DNA from: Camelus ferus
Lineage: Eukaryota
DNA: 64,000 nt
Direction: 5' to 3'
Assembly (NCBI RefSeq): GCF_009834535.1
Contig: NC_045697.1
Location: forward strand, 56,856,001-56,920,000
Below, piece after piece: positions 25,687-37,303 of the stretch. Positions within the stretch are counted from its first letter, which is position 1, and each line of letters opens with the position of its first letter. The translations under genes and the position numbers were made by a program. The notes below the pieces were generated by a model. It was not told where the DNA came from, made no database searches, and worked only from the letters and a program-made list of their open reading frames with translations.

Positions 25687-26305
25687 TGATACTGAGAAAG
25701 AGGGAAGGGGCAAGGCATAACCATTGAAAGAATCACACAGCAATAAGCACCAAGATGGTGGAAGATTCAACTCCGGTAGACCTTGAGCTGCATTATACCC
25801 TCATTGTAATACAATAGCTGCTAAATGGCACTCCCACAGGTGCCATGACAGTTTCAAGGCTGACCATAGAAGGTCAAAAAGTGGGTGCTGGCCCAATTCA
25901 TGAGAATCCCAGCCCCTTCCCCAAAGTAGCTGGAATAATCCTCCCTCTTGTTAGCATACGATGTTATTAAACCCATAAAAACTAACAACCCCATACTCTG
26001 TGCACTCTCTCGTTCTCTCTTGCCTTCCTTTGGAGACAGCCCAACACTGTCTATGGAATGTGTATCTACTTTTACCTTAACTAAACACCCCCATGTCTCG
26101 TGGACTCTATGGCCTTCTGAGACAGCCTGCTCTCTGTCTGTGGAGCATCTATCTCTCTGAATAAATCTACCCTCACTCTACTAAGGCTCACTCTTGAATT
26201 ATTTCCTGTGCGAAGACAAGGACCCTCACTTGGCGGGATGCATCCCAGGTACTTGACTGAGACCTGGGATGCAACCATCCTTTCGTGCCCCATTTTCCTG
26301 TATCA
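25687..26305 (+). mobile_element. Complete ERV1 solo LTR, MER41-like
   Basis: Termini TGATAC...GTATCA form a perfect 6-bp inverted repeat; flanks ttatg/atatg; AATAAA at 26160-26165. cccacaggtgccatgacagttt, gaataatcctccctcttgttagcat and ctcttgaattatttcctgtgcgaa resemble MER41-group LTRs. Confidence 0.88.
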
Positions 26306-26756
26306 ATATGATGACTGGTCCTAACCAACCAGATGTGATAACTGTGGCACTCAGGGCTGAAGTATTTAATTGAAAACAATTTGTTCTCACCTCACATTAA
26401 GGTGGGACAGAGGTCTCCTCTCCTATGAAGATCATATTAAACATGTTAGATGAGTAAAAGAATCTTTCTTTTTTCAAACAATGGTGATTTAGGCATTGTG
26501 TGTTAATAGAATAACTTTGTCTCTCCTAATAGCAGACTAGAAGTAGATACATACGATCATAAGATATATGATCATAGTGGAAATCTGATAATTTGAAATT
26601 TAATAGCCATTGCTCCTAACTAGGTTCTGCTATAAATATTTTAGAGAAATTTCACTTGAAATATCAGGTCAGATCTCTTTATTCATTTAATTCAAGAAAT
26701 TTATTCAAGCTGATCAGTTCTGTTTTAGTTATCCACATGAATAATGGTCTCAACAG

Positions 26757-27878
26757 TTTTTTTTTTAAAAGACCTTATTTTATTTCATTCTTTTAAAGAC
26801 TATTTTTTCAGAAAAATTTTAGATATTTACTGCAAAATTGGGAGGGAGGTACAGAGGTTTATCACAAACTACCTGCCCCAACACAGGCATGGTGTCCCCC
26901 ATTATTAACATTATTCACCAGAATGGTAAATTTTTACTAAGGATAAATCTACCTCGACTTATCATAATAATTCAAAGTCCATGGTGTACCTAGGGTTCAC
27001 TCTTGTGTTGTATATGCTATAGGTTTGAACAAGTGTATAATGACATATATCCATCATTATAATAAACGAAGTATTTTCACTGCCTTAAAAATCTGCTCTG
27101 CTCTGCCTATTCATTTCTATTCCCCACTCTACCAGTGGTAAATACTAATCTTTTTATTATCTCCTATAATTTTGCCTTTTCTGGAATGTCATGTCATTGG
27201 AATCATATAGTATGCAGCCTGTTTAGATTGGCTTCTCTCACTAAATAATATTCATTTTATGTTCCTCTATATCTTTTCATGGCTCGATAGTGCATTTCTT
27301 TTTGGTGCTGAATAATATTCTATTGTCTAGATGTATCACAGTTTATTTATCCATTTGTATACTGAAGGTCATCTTGGTTGCTTCCAAGTTTTGGCAGTAA
27401 TGAATAAAACTGCTATAAACACCCACCTGCATAGTTTTATGTGGACATAACCAACCCTTGTAGGTAAATACCAAGCAGTATGACTGATTGATTGTATGGT
27501 AAGAGTTTATTTAGTCTTCTAAGAAACTGCTAAACTGTGGCATTATATTATAATTTTGCATTTCCACCAGCAATAAATATGAGTTCCTGTTTCTCCATAT
27601 CCTGGCCAGCATTTGACATTGTCAGTGATCTGGATTTTGGCCATTCTAATAGACATGCAGTGGTATTTCACTGTTGTTTTAATTTGCATTTTCCTGATGA
27701 CATATGATATGGAACATCTTTTCATATGCTTAATGTTTTCTCCCAGTCTGTGGCTTATCTTCTCTTTCTCTTGATAATGTCTTTCTCAAAGCAGAAGTTT
27801 TTAATTTTAATGAAGTCTAGATTATCAATTATTTCTTTCATGGATTGTGCCTTTGTTGCTGTATCTAAAAAGGCATCT
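26757..27878 (-). mobile_element. L1 3' end (L1MC1-like) with an internal deletion
   Basis: gcaaaattgggagggaggtacagag..aaagtccatggtgtacctagggttcactcttg..tttcactgccttaaaaatc. Minus ORFs 27543..27725 and 27755..27949 are decayed ORF2 C-terminus, with a jump near 27730. Confidence 0.9.
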
Positions 27879-29041
27879 GTATCTGGCAATCTAGAACAGA
27901 AGTTTAAATATATTCCTTTCTCAGTGAACATACTCATTAATTTATACATTGATTTTGCTCATTTAATCAATCTTTCCACATATTTTTAAAAGCACTGTGT
28001 GAGAAGCCCTGATGTAATCTATGTGGAAAGAATAGTAATCAAAGAAATTTAAATGTCAAAGGTTTACTTGTTTTAGACTTCAGATTCACAGTTAAATCAA
28101 AGCCTTTTCTCAGATTTGTTCTAAAATACATTAGCAATTAACACCTAATGGTCTTGGACAATTAGATACTTTTTCACTTTATTTGATATATGGGACCAAT
28201 GATTTAGTAGCCTGGGCTGGAGCAAAGTGTCTCTTCTCTTTTTAACTGTTCTCATTGAATGACACATTAGTGGCCTAAAGGCAAAATCTAATTCCCAAGA
28301 GTCTTCTGTATGTCTAGTAGCAAATTTACCCTTTTACAGTTGAAGAATATTATGACTAGATTTTTTATTGCTATTCTGGAAAAAAAAAAAAAGAACCACT
28401 TTTTAGGAGCCTTAAAGGAAAAATTAGCAAAGGTAGCCTGGAATTAAATATTTGTCTTGGCTAATCTGTAGATTTGTTTTAGAACAGACTGGGATGAGCC
28501 AGTTTTGATTGCTCTTTGAATACATGTAGAGGAAATACCACATTCTGTAGTATTTTCAGCCTCAAATCATTTGCTTTTCAACTCCTAATAAATGTTCACC
28601 AGGGAACAGGAACATCTTTGATAAACAGTTTTTCTATATTAGGTCATCTAGTTCTCTTAGTTTCTATCATTCTATTAAATCAACATAAAGCCATATTACC
28701 TGAACCATATTAAGTAATTTTCAAAGTATGGGACTTAAACTCTTTTATAGTATATAGCCATACTTTTAATAAGTAATGAGTACATGAAATTCCTCAGTTA
28801 CTTTTTTCTCTACTCACTAGCACAAGGATATAAATAATCCTGTGAGATGACTTTCTGCTCTCCCAGACTAACTAACTACTCCTTTGATTACCATGGAAGC
28901 AGCTCTGAACTGATGCTACCCTGTATGTATCTTAGGGCTCTACTAATGCTTTATTCTATGTCCCAAGGGACATCCAATTTTAGAACAAAAAAATGAAAGC
29001 TTATTTTATACTAAAATTTCTGTAGGGAGGTAAGGAGATAT

Positions 29042-29590
29042 ATTCCTTCATTCAGCAAATATTTACTAAATCTACTTCATGTGCTAGTATACAAGAGTGA
29101 AAAGAATGGGCTATAAGCTTTCATGGAGGAGACATTTGTATGGGAGAAGATAGACAATAACAATAAATAATCAATCAATCAATCAATCAATATTGTATCA
29201 CAGCAAGTGATAACAGCCATACAAAAAAAATTAAGCAGAATGAGAACGGTCATAATGGATGGTGAAATTTGATATAGGACTCTCAAGGAATTCCGCCTTG
29301 ATATATGAGCAGAAAGCTGAAGGTGGTGACAAGCAAGCCTTGTGGATATCTGGGATATAGCATATAGATGCTTCAATGGACTTGAGTTGTGAGTACGTGG
29401 AATATTTACAAACTTGCAATGGCTAAAGGGTGGCTAGAGTAGAATAACTTATTGTGAAAAATGGTAAGAAGTAAGATCAGAAAGGTAGTCAGGGGTAAAA
29501 TCATTTACTAACTTAGGGCACTTTAAGTATCTTGAATTTTATTCATTTTAAGAGGGAAATCCATTTGAAATTTTAATTTGAGGAATGAAG
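29042..29590 (-). mobile_element. L2 3' end with embedded (TCAA)n
   Basis: ttcattcagcaaatatttact...gtggctagagtaga...aagatcagaaaggtag...cttgaattttattc. Confidence 0.85.
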
Positions 29591-30069
29591 TAAAAATATG
29601 AACTAGAAGAATAATAAAATTCCCTATAAGATAACAATGACTTTTTAGGAGGTTTTTTTAAAAATTCTTATGTGCTCCTTTTCTCCTCTGTATCTTATTC
29701 CACAGAGGCTCCACGAATCCCCTCTACTGTCCCCCAAAAGTCGATACTGTTTTCACTCATATTTCCTACCAGCATAATAAAAGCCTAGAATTATGGTCAT
29801 AAAAAATATTTCATTCTTCAAGATTAACTTTTGGTTGTTTCACTGAACCTCCTCCCTCCTTCTGAGCATTTAATCACATTATTTACTTTCTAAAAACAAA
29901 ATGCAAAACAAAACAATGAATCAGTTAAAACTGGTGTTTTTCTATTGGGGGGTGTGCTTCAGAGAATAAGATTCCTTCTCTATTTTTATGTGCCTCTCTG
30001 CCCCATTTTCTTAGGAAATTTTTCTTGACTGTCTATAGTTTGATGTTTCTACGGGGCTTATGTGTTTTT

Positions 30070-30870
30070 ATCCTTAGCTGTTAATAACTCTGGGGAAGTG
30101 AGAAGAAATGAATTGAAGTGATCACGGAGCTGCTAGCATTTTAGTTTTTGTGACTGACAAAAATATAAAATGGTTAAAGCTTTAATTAAGCTTTATTGAT
30201 TCCATTGATCTTAATCTACATCAGACGCAGGTAGAATTGACCTGTGAGTACATTCCATTACTTCTACACCTTATTTTCTAAGTCTAAATTACATAGTAGA
30301 AGCGGTCGGCTGTATATTTCTGTTTATCTTCTAGAATATCATCACCTGTCAAAATATTTGTTCAATAATAAAATGCTAGAATAACAGTCTCTGAAATTTT
30401 GAGGGATAGGGTTTCATGAATAAATAGCAGCTAGTGTGTTTACCTTGTCTGGAAGAGCAGTAACAGAAGCGCTTGTGTCAATCAATATGAAAATGTAATT
30501 TAATCCAATGAGATAAAAATCAATTTTCCTTTTCTGAAGCTTCAAAGTAGTTAAATATCACCTGTTCTGCTTAATTAGTTTTTGATATTTGTACAAACTC
30601 ACCTTTAAACTTCAAAACAATACAGCTTTTGTTTGAGCTTCAGATTTCTTTTCTCTGTTCTAATTACATTGTGTCTTAGGCGGCTAGAAAGAGGAAGGGA
30701 AAGCTTTTTGCAGAGAAACTGTGTCGTTTTAATGGTGGTACATAGGATTTTCAGGCTCCAAAGATCAGAACAGCTTTCTCAGCTGCTGTACTCAATAAAC
30801 GAAGCTTTGTCTGCAAACAACAAATTTACCGCAAACCAACCATGCATTTGGAAAAAGGTTAAGATTGTAT
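30070..30870. promoter_or_regulatory. Putative conserved non-coding element
   Basis: No recognisable repeat; several retained CpGs; GTGTCAATCA (30475-30484), CACCTGTCA, TTAATTAA/TAATTA and TGTTTAC motifs. Motif evidence only. Confidence 0.4.
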
Positions 30871-31192
30871 TTGAAAGTTATATTGGTGGTGGTGTTTATG
30901 AAAGCAGAAAGAAAAGAAGAGCTTTTGAGATTGGCAATTGGCATATTTGAGTAATTTAAGAATTCAAAACCTGATTTGAAATGGCAAGACTCAATTATAT
31001 ATATATATATATATAATGAATTAGGCAAATTTTAGAAAGGAGACAGGTTGAATGGACACCTGGAAAGGTGCAGACACATCATATGATCATCTGATCTGGT
31101 ACTTTTATGACAAAGTCAACTCATGTTTAAGAAGAAAAATTTTCTTCATTATTGCTGATGTTAGTTTGTATATCTCAGTAGAAAAATACATC

Positions 31193-31602
31193 TGTAATGG
31201 ATATAGAGAGGTATAACCCAGATTCCCCTTCTAAAAACAATATATAACCCTGGCTTCTGAAATGTCTGCTGACAGCTTTCCTTTCAGCTATCAGAAGTTT
31301 CAGGATGATCTCCACTGCAGAGGTAGTGTTCTTCCTGGGGTGACCAATGATTGATGGGGGGACATAGGGTGGAGGGCATAAGGGATTCATCATTCCTGCT
31401 CAGTATAGGTTGACTTAGATGGACCATTTCAACTCCAAAGCTTCTGAGGGTTTGGGTGTGGCTATTGGGTCTGCCCTACCTTTCCTTGCTCTCTTTCTCT
31501 TTTTCCCCTTAGGTGTTGATAGCAACGGGTTTGTCCCTAATAAACTTCCTGACACTAAACTCTTACTCACACTTGGTTTCCCTCAGAATACGACCTAAGC
31601 CA
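31193..31602 (+). mobile_element. ERVL solo LTR (LTR16-like)
   Basis: cccagattcccctt..gaccaatgattga..ggtgttgat..ccctaataaacttcctgacactaaact..gacctaagcca. Confidence 0.65.
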
Positions 31603-31964
31603 GTAGTCCAGTCTGGTCTACAGAACATCATTGGTTCTTGAGAGGTAGATGCATCTATTATAGTGATTTTTTTCTGTTGTCACCAAAGGTTTTATATTTG
31701 GCCACAGATTATAGTAAAAAAAAAAAAAAAAACAAGGTGACAATAATAGATTTCATGAAGTTTCATTTACTACAGGTACTGTCACCTCTCTGGTAAGTTT
31801 TTTTACCTTTAATTAATAAAAACTATTTTAGAGAACTGTGGTTAGGATTAGAGATTAAGTAAATCTGTTTGGATACTAATTAGATAAATGGATGCTTTAA
31901 GAGAGAGAAAAATATATAATTGTTAAGAAAATAAGCTTTGTGTTAGTTTGATTTTTTTTTCCAA

Positions 31965-32160
31965 GACATAGCTTTGCCCCTTGATGATAATGGGTCATTG
32001 GCCAATTTGTTAGCTTCAATTTCCTCCTCCATAAGATGGGATACGAGGAAACCAGAAATATCATTTATATATGATTAAATGAAATAATGTATGTCAAGTT
32101 TCATATGATACATGGCTCAGAGTAAACCTTCCATACATATTAGCTATGTGTTTTTATTAA
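31965..32160 (+). mobile_element. MIR SINE
   Basis: gcttcaatttcctcctccataagatgggata..gattaaatgaaataatgtatg..catatattagctat. Confidence 0.65.
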
Positions 32161-32532
32161 AAAGGAGGGAGAGTGAAATATAAACCCCATTAGCATTAAT
32201 TCTACACTCTTAAAAAGTGTGGAATTCATGATGTATAAAAACCATGGTGATCCACTATTGGATACTAATGCTAGCTCTTTCCAAAGAAAGAGAAAAAGGA
32301 AAATAGGACATGGATAAATCTTCCATTCAACTGAAGTCTAAGGAATTATGAACAAGGACTTTTATTTCATGACTAAAAATGTATTTTGAGGGCAGGGAAT
32401 TCATCTCATCCTCTGAGCTGATTTAAGACACTGTTACTACTGTCCCTTCTAAATTGCCATCAAAGTGACTAAATAAAAATACAAAATTTGGGAGAGAAAT
32501 CTGTAGATGCAGCAGAACCCAGCAGGAGTGCT

Positions 32533-33070
32533 GTGCTGGTTCTTCTCTATGTGCCCCATACTCCCATTCTGTGACTTTCTTGCCCTACTCTGCACCTAAA
32601 AAGCTACATCCCAAGGATAACGTGACAAGGATTTCCTGACCAGTTGGCTGCCTGGAAGTTTACGCAGCAGGAAGTACCTAGAGGTTAGGAGAGGCACAGA
32701 AAAGAAAGAATTTTTTAAAAAATTTTATTTGTTTGTTTGTGGGTTTTTGTTTGTTTGCTTTTGCTCCCTTCCTATTTCCACACAGCATCTCAGGCAGTTG
32801 CTGCTTCCCTCTCAGACCCCAGCTCTTCCTCCACAGTTCCAGTTCGCACTGGTCTCCAGTAACGCTGAATGGGCACAGTTCTTCCCTGTGCCCATTCAGC
32901 TCTGGGATAGTTTTGGGTTTTGGCTATTGCTAATTATTGATTAACTCACAATCCCTTGCTAATTTCCTTACATGTGCTTATGCCTGTGAAAGGAATCCCT
33001 GTGTTAGAATCCTTCTGTTTGAATCATTTGAAGTGAATTCTGGTTTGTCCTGGGACCCAGAACAATAACA
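32533..33070 (+). mobile_element. ERVL solo LTR (LTR33-like)
   Basis: tgtgctggttc..gccctactctgcacc..ggtctccagtaac..tttgaagtgaattctggtttgtcctgggacc..taaca. Confidence 0.6.
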
Positions 33071-34054
33071 TATCACTCCTTGTTTATATATATGAATATT
33101 TGTTCATTTTGTATGTTTGGTATTTTCATGTATGGTAAGGAGACTAATACTATTTTTGCTTCCATTCTTTGAAACTATAATGACATATACATAGTACTCA
33201 GTAAATAATTCTATGTTAACATAAAATTTCTCTTATTACATTTTAATGTAATATCTTTTGTGTTGGAATAATATAAAAGGAGATATACTATGGGCATTTT
33301 GTTCTTTGCTGCATGTCTGTGGTCTTTGGTTCTCTCAAACTGATGTTTGTCTTAAAGAAAACTATTTTTAAAGCTTCACTTACATTAAAAAACTTTATGC
33401 AGCAACAAATCTATTTCCAAAAATAATAACCAGATATGCCACCAACTTAAAAACAAACAAACAAAAATAACAAATTGTAAAATTGGCTACCATTGTAAGG
33501 TGGTCATGGAGTGATTTATTACATGTTCATCAGTCTCTCAGAATATTTTTCTAACATCACTAGTTGGTAAAGATTCATGAGAAAAATCACTATGGTGACT
33601 CATGCTGGTAAAACAGACACTAGAAGCTAAAAATATATATAATTTTTTTTACAGCATTTAAAGTTAAAACTACACCAAAGAAAGCCACTTGCAGATTCTT
33701 ACATTCTTATTGGATTTAATATTACTATCCAGCTTAAATTATTATCCAGCTTAAATTCATTATTGGGAAGGCCTTAAAATCTAACTCAATGATATTTGAT
33801 ATTCACTGAGTGGAAATCATCTAGCACTTCACTGATATTAAACAGGAGCCACGGAATATTTATATCTTATCATGCTTTCTGTTTTAATAAAAGATGGAAT
33901 GATGGAAAAATTAAAAGGCATAAATGAGTACAACATTTAGACAGTTATCAAGCCAGGAGAATGTTAAAATGTAGTTTTGGGAAAGTCAAGAATGGATAAT
34001 TTTCAAAAAAGGTAATCGTATTCAAAAGTATAAAATGCTGAAGTGAGTACTATG

Positions 34055-34690
34055 ATATATTGCTCAGCCTCCAAGCAAAAAACAGAAGCCAATTTAGATG
34101 ACTTTAAAAAGTTTAATAGGGGAAATCTTTGATGAGATACGTGATTTTTCCTCCCAGGGGACATTTGTCAATGACTAAATACATTTTTGGTTATCACCAC
34201 AGGGTACAGGGGTGCTACTGACATCTAGTGAGAGGCCAGGCATGTGGCTACACGTCTTACAAGGCACAGAATAGGCCCCCTGAGGCTATTAATCATCTGG
34301 CACAAATTAATCATTTGGCACAAAAGGCTAATAGTGCTGATATTGACACACTGGGTTAAGCTAACAAACCAAGGGATACTGAGCACCCAGAAAAAGGCAA
34401 CCATGGAACGTTGTTACCATTCTCAGACTTCAGAAGGCAACAAGAGGAATAAATGTTACCAGAGCCCAGGAACTGCAGTCCAGGAGGGACTAACCAAGGC
34501 CAGGAAATGTTCCCTTCATCAGGGAGGCAACCTCTCTTTTATTCTGCCTTCCAGACTTCTACCATTACATTCCATTGCCAAACCTAAACAGAAGCCAGCT
34601 GGCAAAGAAACATATAGTCCTGGAGAGTCAGGGTCCTAAGGCACAGGGGAGGACAAACATTATGGGGTGGGGAGAAAAAAATCATTTCAT
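34055..34690 (-). mobile_element. ERVL-type LTR remnant interrupted by MER20
   Basis: ccattgccaaacctaaacagaagccagctggcaaaga is typical of reverse LTR33/41/50-class LTRs. Confidence 0.5.
34140..34355 (+). mobile_element. MER20 hAT DNA transposon
   Basis: gtgatttttcctcccaggggacatttgtcaatg..catttttggttatcac..ggggtgctactgacatctagtg..gaggccagg..aatagtgctga. Confidence 0.85.
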
Positions 34691-36709
34691 AAATCAAAGT
34701 AATGTTGCTCTCTATCCCTGGATTTTAAGAAAACAGGGGTTGATGAATAAAAGTAGAAAAAAAAATAGAAAGCTATTTCCAATTGAAGACTCCATTAAAA
34801 CCAGTCCAGCTTGGTTATATACTGTGACCTACTACCCTCTCTTATTTCATGTCTGTTCATTTTATCTTTACAGTTTGAGGCCCTTTTTGATTAGAACTGT
34901 TTCTAGCATATTAATTTACCATATCAATATTAATTATTATATCATTATTATTATCATCATTGGGGTTTATTATTATTCAGCTGGATTATTTATTCCACCC
35001 AGTTTTAAGAATTGGGTGCTCGTTTTTATTTCAGAGAAAACATGTCAATAACAAATAATATGTCACAAATTTATAATATTTACTATAAAAATAATACTAA
35101 GTTGTTCTTATAGTCAATATTCATATAAATAATTATATTTTAATTGGGTCTCTGAAATATATACTCATTCAATTAGAATGCATAAACTCATTAAGTAAAT
35201 TTCAGTGAACATAAAAGTTTATTAAAATATAATTAGGAAAATTTGATCAGATTTCAAATCTGATGAACATAGAACTACAAATTTTATATTGTGTAAATTT
35301 CTGCTAAGTGGAATAACTAAATTGAAATTATGGAATTTCTAATATGGTTGATTCCTTACTAATATTTTCCTTTCAATAACAAAAACATGTTTTTTAAAAT
35401 CTCTGTTACAAGTATTTACTAGAAAAGTTATCTGTATAAATTCATATGTTCTATGAAAAACTTGAGGAGAATCTCTGTAACTGATTATGATTCTTAAAAA
35501 GACAATGCCTGACTCTTTGGTTTCATGAAGATTAGAGGTAACAGTTTGAGTCTCTAGTTGAGGTCGGCAGAGGACATCTTTAACATGATGGAGCCAGAGA
35601 TCAGAGCTGTGAGCTGAGACTGAGTGTTGACAGGAAATCTTGGATAACAGAGGCCAGGAAGAGGTGAAATGGAAAAAATAGAAGCAATTAAGGCCAGCAA
35701 CTACCCAGCCAGAAGCCAAGTTTTCTGAGATTATACTAGATTCTCTTTAAGGATTCCCAGTTATGTATTGAAGAATTCTCAGCAGGGGTTAATACTGGAG
35801 CTCAGATACCATTTGATCTTAGTTTTCTCCACAAACTGATGAGAATTTGGGGGTATTTTAAATATTGATATGCTTAATTAAGTATCATTCTTATCTGGTT
35901 GCCTAAGATACAAGAATTACAATATAGATCTTGGTTTTCTTTGATAAAATCAAAAGTTTTCTCCAAGTATAGAGAATTTATAAACATCAAACTTGATGGA
36001 ATTTTTTAAATGTGTAGAGACATGAAAAATGAGCATTACAAGTTCCTATTTCACTAGTAACTTTCTATTATGTGTATCAAATATTTTACACAGAGGAAGT
36101 GCTCAATTAATAACAGATATTCTCTTCATCAAATAGAAGCCCTTCTTCCACTTTTAAAGTGAATAACCTTTGATATTTCCATCATCTGAAAATGAAAATC
36201 CTTACAAAAATACAGTAATTGTTATGTTATACTTTTTTGAAAAAGTGGTAAGTGACTACTATGGCTTATATGACAGATAAAACTATGAATTTAGGAATTA
36301 GCACATTTTTAGGCTTTATTTTACAGATCATTTAAGATATGCCTAATAAAATTTCTGCTACATTATGCTTAGCTTCTCAGATTACTTTTTTATTTAAATT
36401 TTGTTCCTTGAACAAGAAAGGAGACATTTCTCTTTACCTCTCCCTCTCATCAATGAAAACTATGATTACCTCTCTTCTCATGCTTATCTAAACACTGAAT
36501 AAATCATCTTTTCCTAGTGTTAGTGAAGTTATATTTGATGATAACTTCAGAGTTAAAAAATGATCAACTTTACCTACCACGTAGAAGAATGGTGTTACTG
36601 CATACATTTGTTTTTGGAATCAAAATAGAAATTTATTAGCACTAATAGAGTAGATGATTTGGGGACTGAAATCCAGGGACCGACAAGTAGCATCAGAGAT
36701 TTTATTGGC

Positions 36710-37303
36710 TGTGGTGGTTTGCAATGTATTGATTTGGCCATGCAAATCTACATTCCCCAGTCTTCCTCTCTCTGAATGATTCCTTTTAAGATGGGCCACA
36801 TGAGAGGTCTTGTGCAAGTTCTGGAGAGCTAACACAAAGCAGCAACTAATGTAGTAGTTCACACGTGCTGTCACTTATCTGCTGGCTCATCTCCTTAGCA
36901 TGAGGCTGCAGCCAGGACTGCATATGCTCACAGTCCCCTGGATCCTGCTTTAGCTTTTCCAACTTCTGGGTCAGACATTTAGCTCCATGGGGAGTGGTAC
37001 AAGCTGATTCTGCAGGACAGCCATACCATCCATACCAGATGCGGCAAAAGCTGACATGGGCTTCAGTCCATCCTTAAGGGGTCCTGCTTGTCTTTGTTCT
37101 CCACCATTGTTACATTCATCCTCTCCTCCTCACTACCTGCCCTGCAGACTCCAGGCTCCAGCATCAGGTATGAGCACAGCAATCTTACAGAGAATCTCCG
37201 AGCAGCTCCCAAAATCCTGTAAGGTCAAACCACTGTGACAAATTCCATGTTATATCTGTAAATACCTCCTAGTGCTTTAGCTCCTCTGATTGAACCTTGA
37301 TAC
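36710..37303 (+). mobile_element. ERVL solo LTR (MLT2E/F-like)
   Basis: Starts tgtggtggtttgcaatgtattgatttggcc..ctacattccccag and ends ctctgattgaaccttgatac. Confidence 0.72.

Noticed and set aside
27543..27949. ORFs with real protein similarity (MKRCSIS..., FLDTATKAQSMKEIIDNLDFIKIKNFC)
   Set aside because: These are decayed L1 ORF2 C-terminus, not a host gene.
34244..35051. The two longest ORFs (131 and 158 aa)
   Set aside because: They run through MER20, an LTR remnant and low-complexity AT-rich sequence, and the peptides are not protein-like.
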